A DNA stretch of 63,873 bases, counting the filler. It is 5 parts of 5 records of this genome, joined end to end, with 100 filler letters (N's around TTAATTAATTAA, not from the genome) between each part and the next. Parts side by side here need not be neighbours in the genome. Positions count along the whole stretch, not along the records: positions 1 to 13,771 come from DRR723986_26265; 4 more parts are not named here. One strand, 5' to 3'. The notes under the pieces were generated by a model. The model was given only the letters and a program-made list of their open reading frames with translations, ran no database searches and was not told the origin of the DNA. Both the position numbers and the translations under genes were made by a program. Positions 1 through 10,700 of the stretch are shown here, one piece after another. Position 1 is the first letter of the stretch. Every line of letters starts with the position of its first letter.

Positions 1-1
1 T

Positions 2-895
2 GTGAACAAGCAAATGGGGGTAATGGCCGGCATCGACGCCGCAGAACTGGAAAACCGGCGTTTGGATACTGCTTTCGACGCAAAAACCGCCAAGTTGCTG
101 CGGGAAAAGGTGGCAGGCGCTGCAGGCGGAATCCGTCATAGCATTGACCAACTTCAGCCTTTCACCGACTCTGACCGGCTGTTTAAGGCCGATGTCATCC
201 CACTTGAAGGCGCAGGAGAATCCGCCGCTAATGTTTTGCTGGTGATGCAAGATATAACTGATTTGATTGCAGCCAATAAGCGGTCAGAGAACCTTCTGCA
301 CCAATTGATCGGCGCGCTTACACAAATTATCGATGCCCGTGATCCATGGAGCAAATATCATTCTGCGCGTGTGGCCGATGTGGCTGCCGCTATTGCCGCA
401 GAAATGGACTGGAATACAGAACAGCAAGAGGCCATGCATACGGCTGGCCAATTGGTGAATCTGGGGAAAATATTTGTCCCCATCGATATATTGACCAAAC
501 AGTCGCCATTGTCAGAAAGCGAGCTCTCGCTTGTACATGACAGCATGCGCAAAGGGGCAGCGTTAATCGCAGATGTAGGGCTTGAAAGATCAATTGTCAG
601 AACGCTGGACCAAATGCGCGAGCACTGGGATGGCAGCGGTGAGCCGCAAGGCCTTTCGGGTGATGATATTGAGCCAGGCGCCCGTATACTATCCGTGGCT
701 AATGCTTTTGTGGGCATTGTATCTGCGCGCGCTCACCGTGAAAGCCTCGGCTTCGACAAGGCAATTGATATTCTGCACAGTGAAGCCGGAAAGCGCTATG
801 AACGGCGGGCAGTTGCCGCTTTGCAAAATATTCTCGAAAATAAACAAGGCCGCACCCTTTGGGCAAACTACATTGAAGTATCAAACGCAGACTGA
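2..895 (+). CDS. HD-GYP domain protein, 5'-truncated, catalytically degenerate
   Basis: RDPWSKYHSARVA, GKIFVPIDIL-K-PL and EHWDGSGEPQGLSG motifs; HD is replaced by VN and GYP by GEP; the ORF runs off the window start. Confidence 0.85.
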   Translation: MNKQMGVMAGIDAAELENRRLDTAFDAKTAKLLREKVAGAAGGIRHSIDQLQPFTDSDRLFKADVIPLEGAGESAANVLLVMQDITDLIAANKRSENLLHQLIGALTQIIDARDPWSKYHSARVADVAAAIAAEMDWNTEQQEAMHTAGQLVNLGKIFVPIDILTKQSPLSESELSLVHDSMRKGAALIADVGLERSIVRTLDQMREHWDGSGEPQGLSGDDIEPGARILSVANAFVGIVSARAHRESLGFDKAIDILHSEAGKRYERRAVAALQNILENKQGRTLWANYIEVSNAD

Positions 896-939
896 CGGCA
901 ATACTGCCAATCGGTTCAATGCTCGTTTTTTATGGGTAG

Positions 940-1305
940 TTATGCCGTGGTGGCAACCGTTGCTATTGCAGGCACACCAGCGCCAAGGTCAATCCAGCCC
1001 AATGGGCCTTGCCAATCAGCCACTTTAGGCTCACCCAAAAACGGTGTTGCAAGCGTTGCACCTTTTCCTGCAGCGGGCACAGATAGGGCTATAGCAACCG
1101 GATGGGCACAAATCTTCTGCAAAATGGCCAACATAAAAGGGCGCTGATGCTTTTGTATAAATTGCATATAGTCTTGGCTGGTAATTTCGCCTGAGAAACG
1201 CCCGATTACATTAGAACCAGCCATAACAACATCAACACCAGCATCCGTTACTTTTCCCAAAAGTACTTGCGCAATCACTCTGTAAAAGAATGGAGCATAT
1301 CCCAC
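940..1305 (-). CDS. hypothetical protein
   Basis: 121-aa ORF filling the gap downstream of mmcB; no recognisable motif. Confidence 0.4.
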   Translation of the reverse strand: MGYAPFFYRVIAQVLLGKVTDAGVDVVMAGSNVIGRFSGEITSQDYMQFIQKHQRPFMLAILQKICAHPVAIALSVPAAGKGATLATPFLGEPKVADWQGPLGWIDLGAGVPAIATVATTA

Positions 1306-1380
1306 AATAAGGAAGCGTTTTTAAAAATACAGGAAAGCTAAATAGCGGTCACCCGGTAAAAGCCATGGTATTATAAGTTG

Positions 1381-1836
1381 TTACAACGGCAATTCGCAGC
1401 CTTTTTCAGCGATCAAGGGCCTTGAAAGCCGCGCAGCCCCTGCACGCGCCACTTTAAGGTGAACATTTTTGCGCCGGGCCGCGGGTAACTTTCTTGCTAG
1501 GGCGGAACGAATCACTTCACCGCCAAAACTATCAGCAATCATTATGCCGGTAACGTCTGGAAAACACGCTGATTCTGACAAAACTTCAATCGGAAAATCA
1601 CGGTCAACAGCGAAGTAAAACTCATCGCTAAAGGGTAAATACTCGTGCCATTTCACATCAGCCCTAAAGTCTGCCATGCAAGACTTTACCTCAACGATGA
1701 TCACATGGCCTGTTTTTCCAAGCCCCACCAAATCAGCCCGTCGGCCATTCGACAAGGGCACTTCACGCAGGGCGGCATACCCCATCGAATGCAAAAGCCG
1801 AATGGTGCCTTTTGTTACAAATTCTGTGCTGGTCAC
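1381..1836 (-). CDS. mmcB: MmcB family DNA repair protein (PD-(D/E)XK-like)
   Basis: EVPLSNGRRADL...IVEVKSC-ADFRAD-KW-EYLPFSDEFYFAV signature; LexA box upstream. Confidence 0.88.
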   Translation of the reverse strand: MTSTEFVTKGTIRLLHSMGYAALREVPLSNGRRADLVGLGKTGHVIIVEVKSCMADFRADVKWHEYLPFSDEFYFAVDRDFPIEVLSESACFPDVTGIMIADSFGGEVIRSALARKLPAARRKNVHLKVARAGAARLSRPLIAEKGCELPL

Positions 1837-1905
1837 GTTTTTTGGCCAATATTTTTCATAGAATGGAAAAATTTGTACCAGAATATATTACATTTCAAGG
1901 AAAAA

Positions 1906-1920
1906 GAACAAAATAAGAAC
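1906..1920 (-). promoter_or_regulatory. Alphaproteobacterial LexA (SOS) box
   Basis: GAAC-AAAATAA-GAAC (GTTC-N7-GTTC on the minus strand), 70 bp upstream of mmcB. Confidence 0.85.
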
Positions 1921-1945
1921 AAAAAAACACTACGCAATTTATTAG

Positions 1946-2371
1946 TTATGACTGCTCACTAATAATTGCCGCAAGTCTATTTTGCAGAGCAGCGCCTTTT
2001 TCTCCGCCGTCACCCTGAATTTTGTGTGCGAGAACAACATCAAAAACCTTCACGTGCGCTTCAACAACCTTCACTGACAGGCTTTTGTTATCAGGCAAAC
2101 CTTTAATGTAGGAACATAGGGATCCGCCCGCAAAGGTCATCAAGGGAAAGTCAAAGCTCCCGCCCATGCCTTTGATATTATGAGTAAGGTCATAAATACG
2201 GGCAGCTTTCTCGTCCGACTTTAATTCAGAACCATCTAAAGCAACAACAATGTCTTTTAGCTCATTAACGGCATCTGTTGTCCAGGTAACAAACTGCTCT
2301 ACGAGCTCGGCATCATCAGCATATGAAAAATCATCTGACCCGTCTTCAACCATACACTGCACCTTTATCAA
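1946..2371 (-). CDS. stand-alone Hpt (histidine phosphotransfer) protein
   Basis: helical protein with IYDLTHNIKGMGGSFDF Hpt motif; the true start may be the internal ATG (MVEDG). Confidence 0.8.
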   Translation of the reverse strand: MIKVQCMVEDGSDDFSYADDAELVEQFVTWTTDAVNELKDIVVALDGSELKSDEKAARIYDLTHNIKGMGGSFDFPLMTFAGGSLCSYIKGLPDNKSLSVKVVEAHVKVFDVVLAHKIQGDGGEKGAALQNRLAAIISEQS

Positions 2372-2537
2372 AATTTATAATCAAGGTTGATAATTATTAA
2401 ACCTATATCACCTACACAGTATCTACAACCATTGTGGTTTTATGATTGCGTGATAGTTTTACTTGCCATATGCCTTGTGCGTTCGATAAACCTTTGCCAA
2501 ATACAGCCCTAGAGACAGTGAGACCGAGGAGCGTCCG

Positions 2538-2753
2538 TTGACACCAAATGATACTGCAAGAGTGCAGGCTTATCTGCAGAGCAAATTTAACAACAATATG
2601 TTTCGCCTTGTTCGCCGTCCGCAAGCGCCGGATTCGGTTGAGGTATTTCTGGGCGATGAATTTATTGGCGTTGTCTATAAAGATGACGACGAAGGAGAGC
2701 TGTCTTTCTCCTTCAACATGTGCATGCTAGAAGAAGACTTACCGAAAATATAA
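2538..2753 (+). CDS. DUF3126 family protein
   Basis: DSVEVFLGDEFIGVVYKDDDEGELSFSFNM-MLEEDL signature; GAGGAG RBS before the TTG start. Confidence 0.85.
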   Translation: MTPNDTARVQAYLQSKFNNNMFRLVRRPQAPDSVEVFLGDEFIGVVYKDDDEGELSFSFNMCMLEEDLPKI

Positions 2754-2760
2754 ATGAGGA

Positions 2761-4557
2761 TCAGCCCGCTTTGGGCTGACCATTTTCGTAAGCCCGGGAA
2801 ATAACCGGAACATGCCGCGCCCAAAGTGCGACCCAATTTTTTTCCGATCCGCTAAGGCTATCGAGAATCGTGCGAGTTTTATGGTAATTTTCCGCTAACC
2901 CAAAGGCAATCGCGGCGATTATTGGCGACGCATTATTGCTGCGGTTTATAATCGCACTGCCAATGGCTTCGTAAGCAATCAAATGGTTACCTTCTGACGC
3001 AGCACCGGCAATTTGCCTAGCCAAATCTGCTGGAATAGTATGGCCCAAAAAGCCCAGCCATCCATCAATGGCAACCGTATGATCACCCGCCGCACCGTAT
3101 ATAAGCCCCCGATACAAGTCTACGGGCAAGCCTAATTCTTCTGTGTCTTGCGCGGCAACAAGTGCCTTATCAAATTGTCTTGCAAGCAGCAAAATCCACA
3201 CCTTATCGAGCAACACTGATGGGTTCATAGGGTCCGTGCGCTGAGCCTTACCAATGGCATCAACTGCCTTATCAAACTGACCATTTGCCGCCAAAGCGTT
3301 CGCGTAGCTTACCCATGCCTCGGCACTATTGGGGGCCTGGTCCACCACATTAGCTAAATACGTCAAAGCTTGCTTTGGATCACCGTCGGCAAACAGTGCA
3401 ATGTGGCCGCGCGCCAGCAAAACCTCTGTCGCAGCGGAGTTTATAGCCGCCGCCTGTTCCACATGAAACCGGGCCAGGGCAAGCGGGTCTTCCAATACAC
3501 CGTTAAAAAAACTGCCCGTTTTATGGCTGTATAAATCAGCTAGTGCGGCGTGGGCGCTAAAATATGCCGGCTCCAATTCCAGTACCTCAAGCAAAAGGCT
3601 TTGTGCACGCATAGCCGCTGCGCGCTGACGAGAGCTCCATAAATATCGAGCACGCCAAAAAAGCTCTTCTGCCAATGCAGAAAATACCGGCCGCAAGCTC
3701 GGCAAATCACCCAACTCTAACTCTGTCGAAAGTTCTCGCAGGGCCTTATCTTGCGCTAATCTAAAGTGACGTAGTGACACCGCTTGCGTGGTTGTCCACT
3801 GAATAGCCCCCGACCCGGTGTGCTTTAAGTTCATTGCAAGCAACCAGGTATCTTCTGCATCTATCACTCGCGTTTCCAGTATCAAATCAATGTCCAGACC
3901 TTTTACCGGCATGTCGCCTGCAGGGAGTTGGCGCCAGCGCACCAGTTCAATTTTTTGCGCACGCGATAGACCATCAAGGGTAAGTTCGGTGATAGACGAT
4001 GCCAAAGCATCAACGGATGGATCATTGGTTGAATTAACCGCATCAAGCACAATTAAACGTATGGGCTCTAACGTTGGTGCATTATTATTAGGTGTCATCA
4101 CCCACCAGCCGACAATGAATGCAACAATAGCTGCACTGAGCCACCCTAACATCGAATTGCGCGGCATACCTGCAGGCATAAAACCACTACCTTGGTTATT
4201 GGCAGGCTTGGCTAAATGTTGAGTCAGCTGTTGAGTCGGTTGGCTGGCTTTCGGCGCAACCAATCGGTAACCTTTTTTGGGAATGGTTTCTATGTAACGC
4301 GGCTTGCGCGGATCGTCGCCCAACGCTTTTCGCAAGTCACTAATAACAACTGTTATCGAATGGTCACTGACAACCTGCAATTTCCAAACCGCATCGATAA
4401 GCTCGCCTTTGGACACAACTGCACCGCCATTTTCATAAAGCAGCTGCAGGACTTCCATGGCCCGTCCTTCAAGACGAACCCTAGTTTCCCCTTTTACCAA
4501 TTCGTTAGTGGACCGAACGGCGGTCCAATCGCCTACAGGAAATTCCATCACTTGCAA
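2761..4557 (-). CDS. CadC-like winged-helix regulator with TM segment, TolB-N-like domain and TPRs
   Basis: N-terminal LEGRAMEVL...VSKGELIDAVW...LRKALGDDPRKPRYIETIPKKGYRL; hydrophobic WLSAAIVAFIVGWW; C-terminal TPR helices. Confidence 0.85.
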   Translation of the reverse strand: MQVMEFPVGDWTAVRSTNELVKGETRVRLEGRAMEVLQLLYENGGAVVSKGELIDAVWKLQVVSDHSITVVISDLRKALGDDPRKPRYIETIPKKGYRLVAPKASQPTQQLTQHLAKPANNQGSGFMPAGMPRNSMLGWLSAAIVAFIVGWWVMTPNNNAPTLEPIRLIVLDAVNSTNDPSVDALASSITELTLDGLSRAQKIELVRWRQLPAGDMPVKGLDIDLILETRVIDAEDTWLLAMNLKHTGSGAIQWTTTQAVSLRHFRLAQDKALRELSTELELGDLPSLRPVFSALAEELFWRARYLWSSRQRAAAMRAQSLLLEVLELEPAYFSAHAALADLYSHKTGSFFNGVLEDPLALARFHVEQAAAINSAATEVLLARGHIALFADGDPKQALTYLANVVDQAPNSAEAWVSYANALAANGQFDKAVDAIGKAQRTDPMNPSVLLDKVWILLLARQFDKALVAAQDTEELGLPVDLYRGLIYGAAGDHTVAIDGWLGFLGHTIPADLARQIAGAASEGNHLIAYEAIGSAIINRSNNASPIIAAIAFGLAENYHKTRTILDSLSGSEKNWVALWARHVPVISRAYENGQPKAG

Positions 4558-4735
4558 TCGCTTATCTTCAATTTCCGAGATTGTGACACCATTCGTGGAA
4601 GAATTCTATTTCTTGATATTTTCTTGAGGTTGCATTGAGGACAGCACCAACAACATCGCCTTATAGATACCAAAGCTTAGCCTCGTTCAAACATTAGACG
4701 GCTACATTTTATCAACCCTATAAAAGGATAGTGCG

Positions 4736-5290
4736 ATGAAAATCAGAACTTCAATTGCTGTGGCAATGATTATAAGCGGCGCAAGCGTTGTTTCCTTCGC
4801 CGTAATGGCACAAGACTCTGAAAACAACCTTTCGCTGAAAGATATCGATTTTTTCATCGGTGAATGGTCATTAGAAACAAATTATGCCAACGGCGCCAAA
4901 GCAACCGGCACCCGCACATGCGCATATGCCCTTCGAAACACCAGAATACGCTGCGTAACAAAGTCGTTATTTCCTGATGGATCTGCCCGCGACCTTGAAG
5001 TTTTTTATAGCTACAATGCAAGTGCTGGGAAGTTTGCTGAAGTTACAGTTTACCAACGCCCGGTTGGCAACAAAGTGGCTGACATGATGCTAGATAAAGA
5101 AACAAGGAAACTAACTTCCAGAGGGTATGTATACGGCAGCGATGGCACCAGCGGTCCGCGTGTCTCAGAAGAATGGGCTATGGAAGACCACACAATAACC
5201 ATGACCATGCAACTGAATCGCAGTTCACAGCCTGCCTATGAATGGCCAGTTTTTATTCAAGAAACAATGACCCGCATCACCAATAATTAA
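4736..5290 (+). CDS. secreted beta-barrel protein (DUF1579-like)
   Basis: signal peptide; LKDIDFFIGEW N-terminal motif; divergent from the CadC-like regulator. Confidence 0.6.
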   Translation: MKIRTSIAVAMIISGASVVSFAVMAQDSENNLSLKDIDFFIGEWSLETNYANGAKATGTRTCAYALRNTRIRCVTKSLFPDGSARDLEVFYSYNASAGKFAEVTVYQRPVGNKVADMMLDKETRKLTSRGYVYGSDGTSGPRVSEEWAMEDHTITMTMQLNRSSQPAYEWPVFIQETMTRITNN

Positions 5291-5371
5291 ACGATGCCAA
5301 TAATTATGTTCGACTGAATAGGGGTAACGCGTTTATCCTCGGCTCGCATTCTATAGGCCGAGGAGACTATT

Positions 5372-7054
5372 GTGACAAACCGTCTTAGCTATGTTGCTGG
5401 CACCAGCGATACACCACTTTTGTATCAGACGGTTGGTGCCGCACTGGACGATGCCGCCAAAAAATACGGCGACCGATCAGCGCTTATTGTGCCACACCAA
5501 AATATTCGCTGGAGCTATGCAGAGCTCAACCAAAAAGCAACAGACGTTGCGGCAAGCCTGATTGCATTGGGCCTTATGCCGGGTGACCGTGTTGGCCTTT
5601 GGGCGCCGAACTGCACGGAGTGGGTTGTCACCCAGTTTGCAACCGCCAAGGCAGGCCTAATTTTGGTAAATATCAACCCAGCATATCGAACCTCTGAGCT
5701 GGAATATGCCCTGAATAAAGTTGGATGCAAAGCACTGGTGCTGGCCAGCACATTCAAGGCATCAAATTATGTGAGCATGCTGCGTGAAATTGCACCTGAA
5801 CTAGATAGCTGCGATGCGGGTGCTTTAAAAGCCGCGCGCCTGCCCACGCTTGAAACTGTAATTGTTATTGATGACACGCCGCCCCAAGGTTTTCTGGCTT
5901 TCTCTTCTCTTGCGCAAGACATTGATAAGGCTGCTATGGAACAGGTTGCAAACCTTGCCGGAACGCTGCAGCCCGACGACCCGATCAATATTCAGTTCAC
6001 GTCTGGCACCACAGGTTTCCCAAAGGGGGCGACACTATCGCATCATAGCATTCTCAATAATGGCTATTTTGTTGCGGCGCGCCAAAGCTTTTCAAAAACT
6101 GACAAATTGTGCATTCCCGTGCCGCTATACCACTGCTTTGGTATGGTGATGGGCGTACTTGGTTGCATTACCCACGGAGCGGCAATTGTGCTACCGGGCG
6201 AGGCCTTTGACCCTGAAGGTGTGCTGGCCACTATTGAAGCAGAAAAATGCACTGCCCTATACGGCGTACCCACTATGTTCATTGCCGAACTAGAGCACGC
6301 GAACTTTGCCAATTATGACCTTTCCAGCCTGCGGACTGGTGCCATGGCAGGCTCGCCTTGCCCCATTGAGGTCATGAAACGGGTGATTAGTGACATGCAC
6401 ATGGCTGAAGTAACCATCGCCTACGGCATGACCGAAACCGCACCAGTTAGCTTCCAAAGCAAAAAAGATGACCCCTTGGATAAACGGGTTGGCACCGTTG
6501 GGCAAATTCACCCCTTTGTAGAGGTAAAAATAGTAGACGAAGGCGGAAAGACAGTTACGCGCACCAAACAGGGCGAACTATGCACACGCGGGTATAGCGT
6601 CATGCACGGATATTGGGCCGACGACGAGCGCACAGCGGAAGCCATCGACAAAGCCGGATGGATGCACACCGGCGACTTGGCCACAATGGACGATGACGGT
6701 TATGTAAACATCACCGGGCGCCTGAAAGATATGATTATCCGCGGCGGCGAAAACATATACCCGCGCGAAATTGAAGAGTTCCTATATACCCACCCTGCAA
6801 TTCAAGACGTTCAGGTTTTTGGTATTCCGGATACCCGCATGGGCGAAGAGGTGTGCGCCTGGATTTTACTGAGAGACGACGCGCATACAACTGAAGACAA
6901 CATCCGCGACTTCTGTGCCGGGCAAATTGCCCATTATAAAGTCCCTCGTTTCATTCGGTTTGTTGATGAATATCCGATGACCGTAACCGGAAAAATTCAG
7001 AAGTTTGTCATGCGCGATGCCATGAAAGATGAGCTTAGCAAAACCGATTCCTGA
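5372..7054 (+). CDS. AMP-binding acyl-CoA synthetase
   Basis: [42 protein letters not shown] and TGKIQK motifs. Confidence 0.95.
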   Translation: MTNRLSYVAGTSDTPLLYQTVGAALDDAAKKYGDRSALIVPHQNIRWSYAELNQKATDVAASLIALGLMPGDRVGLWAPNCTEWVVTQFATAKAGLILVNINPAYRTSELEYALNKVGCKALVLASTFKASNYVSMLREIAPELDSCDAGALKAARLPTLETVIVIDDTPPQGFLAFSSLAQDIDKAAMEQVANLAGTLQPDDPINIQFTSGTTGFPKGATLSHHSILNNGYFVAARQSFSKTDKLCIPVPLYHCFGMVMGVLGCITHGAAIVLPGEAFDPEGVLATIEAEKCTALYGVPTMFIAELEHANFANYDLSSLRTGAMAGSPCPIEVMKRVISDMHMAEVTIAYGMTETAPVSFQSKKDDPLDKRVGTVGQIHPFVEVKIVDEGGKTVTRTKQGELCTRGYSVMHGYWADDERTAEAIDKAGWMHTGDLATMDDDGYVNITGRLKDMIIRGGENIYPREIEEFLYTHPAIQDVQVFGIPDTRMGEEVCAWILLRDDAHTTEDNIRDFCAGQIAHYKVPRFIRFVDEYPMTVTGKIQKFVMRDAMKDELSKTDS

Positions 7055-7645
7055 TTATACATCGTCAATTTTTTTCGCGTTTAAAGGTGCCATCATAGTG
7101 GACATGACCACCAAGGGATTATCTTCACTGGCAGAGCTCCAAAACAGCTTGGCCATTTCTTCAATGTGATGGTTGATCTTCTCCATTGTCGCTGCATCAG
7201 GCGCACCGACCAGCCGGAAAATCCAAATGTTTTTGCGCGGACCTTGCGCGACGACACCGTCCGTCTTAAGGCCCCGCTTGAAATCACGCGCGGATTGCCG
7301 TGCTTGAGCGCTGGCGATCTTGCCGTATATCTCGATCGCTGTCGGGTCATCAAGTGCAAGACCATATTTCATTGTAGTGCCCGGTGTTTTATACAGTTTT
7401 TCCTGTCGCCTGTTTATCGAACGCGCGCCAGATTGGTCAATCAATTCAGCTTTCAACAACAAATCAATATGATGATATAACGACGATGGCTTTGCGCCCA
7501 AAAGTCCCGCAATTTCGCGGACAGACTTTTCTCCTACATTGGCAAGAGTGTCTATAATGTCCATACGCCGGGCAGACGTCAGACACTCATATTGATCGCG
7601 CCGGGTTATCCAATAAACGTCGTCTGTTTCTTCCGATTGCATCAA
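7055..7645 (-). CDS. ArsR/HTH_20-like transcriptional regulator
   Basis: RMDIIDTL...SVREIAGLLGAKPSSLYHHIDLLLKAELI winged HTH. Confidence 0.8.
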   Translation of the reverse strand: MMQSEETDDVYWITRRDQYECLTSARRMDIIDTLANVGEKSVREIAGLLGAKPSSLYHHIDLLLKAELIDQSGARSINRRQEKLYKTPGTTMKYGLALDDPTAIEIYGKIASAQARQSARDFKRGLKTDGVVAQGPRKNIWIFRLVGAPDAATMEKINHHIEEMAKLFWSSASEDNPLVVMSTMMAPLNAKKIDDV

Positions 7646-7704
7646 AACACCCTATAGAGAGGCGCGAGACCATGCAGGTTCCCGCGCCTTATTGATTGTG
7701 CCGT

Positions 7705-10700
7705 CTACTTTGGGCCTTGGTCCTGATACCAAAGCTTCGAAAGTGGTTTCTGGCGCGGCCATTCTTCATCAAGCGTGTCATCATTGTACAGGCGGCCATT
7801 CATCATCACGCGGTGAATGTCGACGGTATTTTTCAGATCAACCCTTGGGTCGCTATTCAACACCACAAGGTCAGCGAATTTACCCGGTTCAATAGAACCG
7901 ACTTCCTGCGCGTGGCCAATAATATGAGCACTATCAATTGTGGCAGCTTTCAACGCTTCCATCGGCGTTGCCTTGCCTGAACCCAGCATCCACAATTCCC
8001 AGTGATAGCCAAGGCCTTGGAATTGGCCATGGCTACCCACGCCTACCTTGCCGCCAGCGCGCTGAATATCAATTGCGCCGTCTGCCACATGCTTAAACGC
8101 ATATTCTTCATCACGGAACCATTGCCCCCGCTTGGTGCGCTGATCAACAATGTTATGAGGCATAAAACGGTTCACCTTGGCATCATCGTGTGGGTTCTGG
8201 TTGGTAAAGAAATAATTTTCGCCAAATGGCCCGCCGTATGTCACCAGCAATGTCGGTGTATACCCAATGCCGGTTTGCGCCGCCAACTGCACAATGTCTT
8301 TATAAAGCGGGAATATGGGCAGGTTGTGCTCATTGCCCGCAAAGCCATCAATCATGTGGGTTAGATCCAGCTTGGTATCCAGCCCCCCTTCGGTGGTCGG
8401 CATAATACCCACCTCCTTGGACGCCTCAATAATATGCTGACGAAGTTTTCTGTTGCCGGTGATATAGGCCTTGATATTTTTAGTGCGGTAATGGTTTTTA
8501 TAGCGCGTAAGCACTTTAACAGCATCTTCTTTTGATTTGATCGAGGTGTCAGAAAACACACCGGGTCCTGTGGACCAAGCCCGAAGACCAATCATGCGGC
8601 CCGCTTCAACCAAATCCTGATAGACAAAAATATCGGTTGTGGATGTTTGCACATCAAGCCCGCTGGTTACGCCGTAAGCCACGTTGGCAAGGAATGGCCA
8701 GAACTGGTTTTCAACCACCTCATTCCGGCTCCAGTTGCGCCAATGGCCGTGACTATCCACAAAACCGGGCGTGATAAACTTGCCAGACATATCACGTACT
8801 TCAGCACCACGCGGCACATCAAGAGAACCGCTGGCACCAACAGCGGCAAATTTACCATTGGTGATCAAAACATCAGCGTTTTCCAGTGTACCTTCCGGCC
8901 CCATGGTCAACACAGTAGCGCCTTTTAAGAGGATACTGCCTTCAGGGTTATCGCGCGGCACTTCCACACGAGCGACATAGCTTTGATACTTCTTTTCTTC
9001 CTCTTTCGCGACCGCTTCGTCTTTTGATTCTGCTGACTCTGCTACCTCTGCGTTATCTTCAGGTGCATTTTCACTGTCCGCACTGTCTTCTTTGCTCTCC
9101 TCGGTTTCATCTTCTTCCGGTTTCACCCACTCAACATCGGCAAGTGACTGCGTGTAAATGGTGCTGCCGACTGACCAGAAAACACTCTGGCTATCATCAG
9201 AAAACCCAAAGTAATCCACACCGTAATCAGACAAGGTTTTCAGCGGTACAGACGCACCTGAAACATTAACGCTTATTGCCTTGCGACCACTGGGCGGCAC
9301 AGTAACAAGCTGTAATTGTTCCTGTGCACGAGCCAATGCATATTTCCCATTCGGGCTCAAACGCATATCGCGGGCAGGTACCGGCTTGGACGCAGAGAAA
9401 AAGCCCTTTCCCGTCACCTTAATATGGTCTCGGCGATCAGTGCCATCGAGCCTCACCGAGAAAACTGTTCCGCCGCCATACAAATATACGCGGTCTGCAG
9501 CATCACCAAAATGAACGCTGCCAAAAGACGTGCCAGGCAAGATTGTACGTGCGGCACCACCGTCAGCATCCACAGCAATAAGGTCGCGCTGCGCCGGGCT
9601 TGTTTGGTTAAACTCATGATTAGACATGCGAATTGCTACAATTTCAGAGCCATCCGGCGTGAAATGTGGTTCGGTGTAATAGCCCGAAGACTGAGTTACC
9701 CTTTCAGGGCGGCCGCGTCCGTTTGCGCGCATACGCCACACATGGCCCCCTGCCGCATCCCATGTGATGTAGGTGATATACCGGCCATCCCGCGACCAGC
9801 TTGGTTGAAATGCATTTGATCCTGCACGGTCAATTTTGCGCGGTGTTGCACCTTCCTCCAGCGCCATGGAATACAATTCACCAAGAGCAGAGAAAACAAC
9901 CATCGTTCCATCTGGTGACAATGCCGGGTCTTGCGCCATACGCACAACAACGGGGCCTTCCGGGTCTTTCTCTTGGTTAATAAGGTTCGGCCCGACATCA
10001 AGCTTCACTTTTGCGGTAAAAGGAATTTGTGTACGCGCACCATCCGCCATTGCGATACGCTCAATTTTACCGCCACTATTGATAATAAGAGCACTGCCAT
10101 CAGGCGTGAAACTATAGGCTGGCAGCAAATCACGTGTGGCGCGGGATTCTTGATCATCCCGAGTAACGGGATAAGCAAGCCAGCGATCCTCTCCGGTTTC
10201 AAGGTTTCTTACTCTAAGACCAGTTTTTGCCTCATAGCGCGTGCCATAGACCAGTTGCGTTCCGTCAGGTGAAACCCGAGGGCGCACCGCCCCGCCGTAT
10301 GCCGTTGCTATTGTGTCCGTGGTTCCTTCCTGCAAGTCACGGCGTTTTATCTGCCAGGAAAACCCCGTCATGTTATAGGCAAAGCCGCCCATTTTACCGG
10401 CATAATACAAATAGCGGCCGTCACTTGATGCAGAAACACCCTGCGCATTTGGTTGTTGTGAACCCGGCGTGGACGGACCATTTGGCTTGGAATTAGTCAC
10501 CTGAATGCCACTGCCACCATGCTTGTGGTACATCCATATTTCATTGGCACCAATGCCGAGCGGCAGCAATGACACATAAACATAATCGCCGTCGGCCGAC
10601 CATTCAGGACTCATTAACTCCGCAGTATTCAACGATGAAAGCTTCTTGGGCTTACTGCCGTCTGCGTTGGCAATATAAAGATTTTCAGAGCCGCTCTCAT

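Noticed and set aside
2384..2404. AGGTTGATAATTATTAAACCT upstream of the Hpt gene as a CtrA site
   Set aside because: At least two mismatches to TTAA-N7-TTAAC in an AT-rich tract; not supportable.
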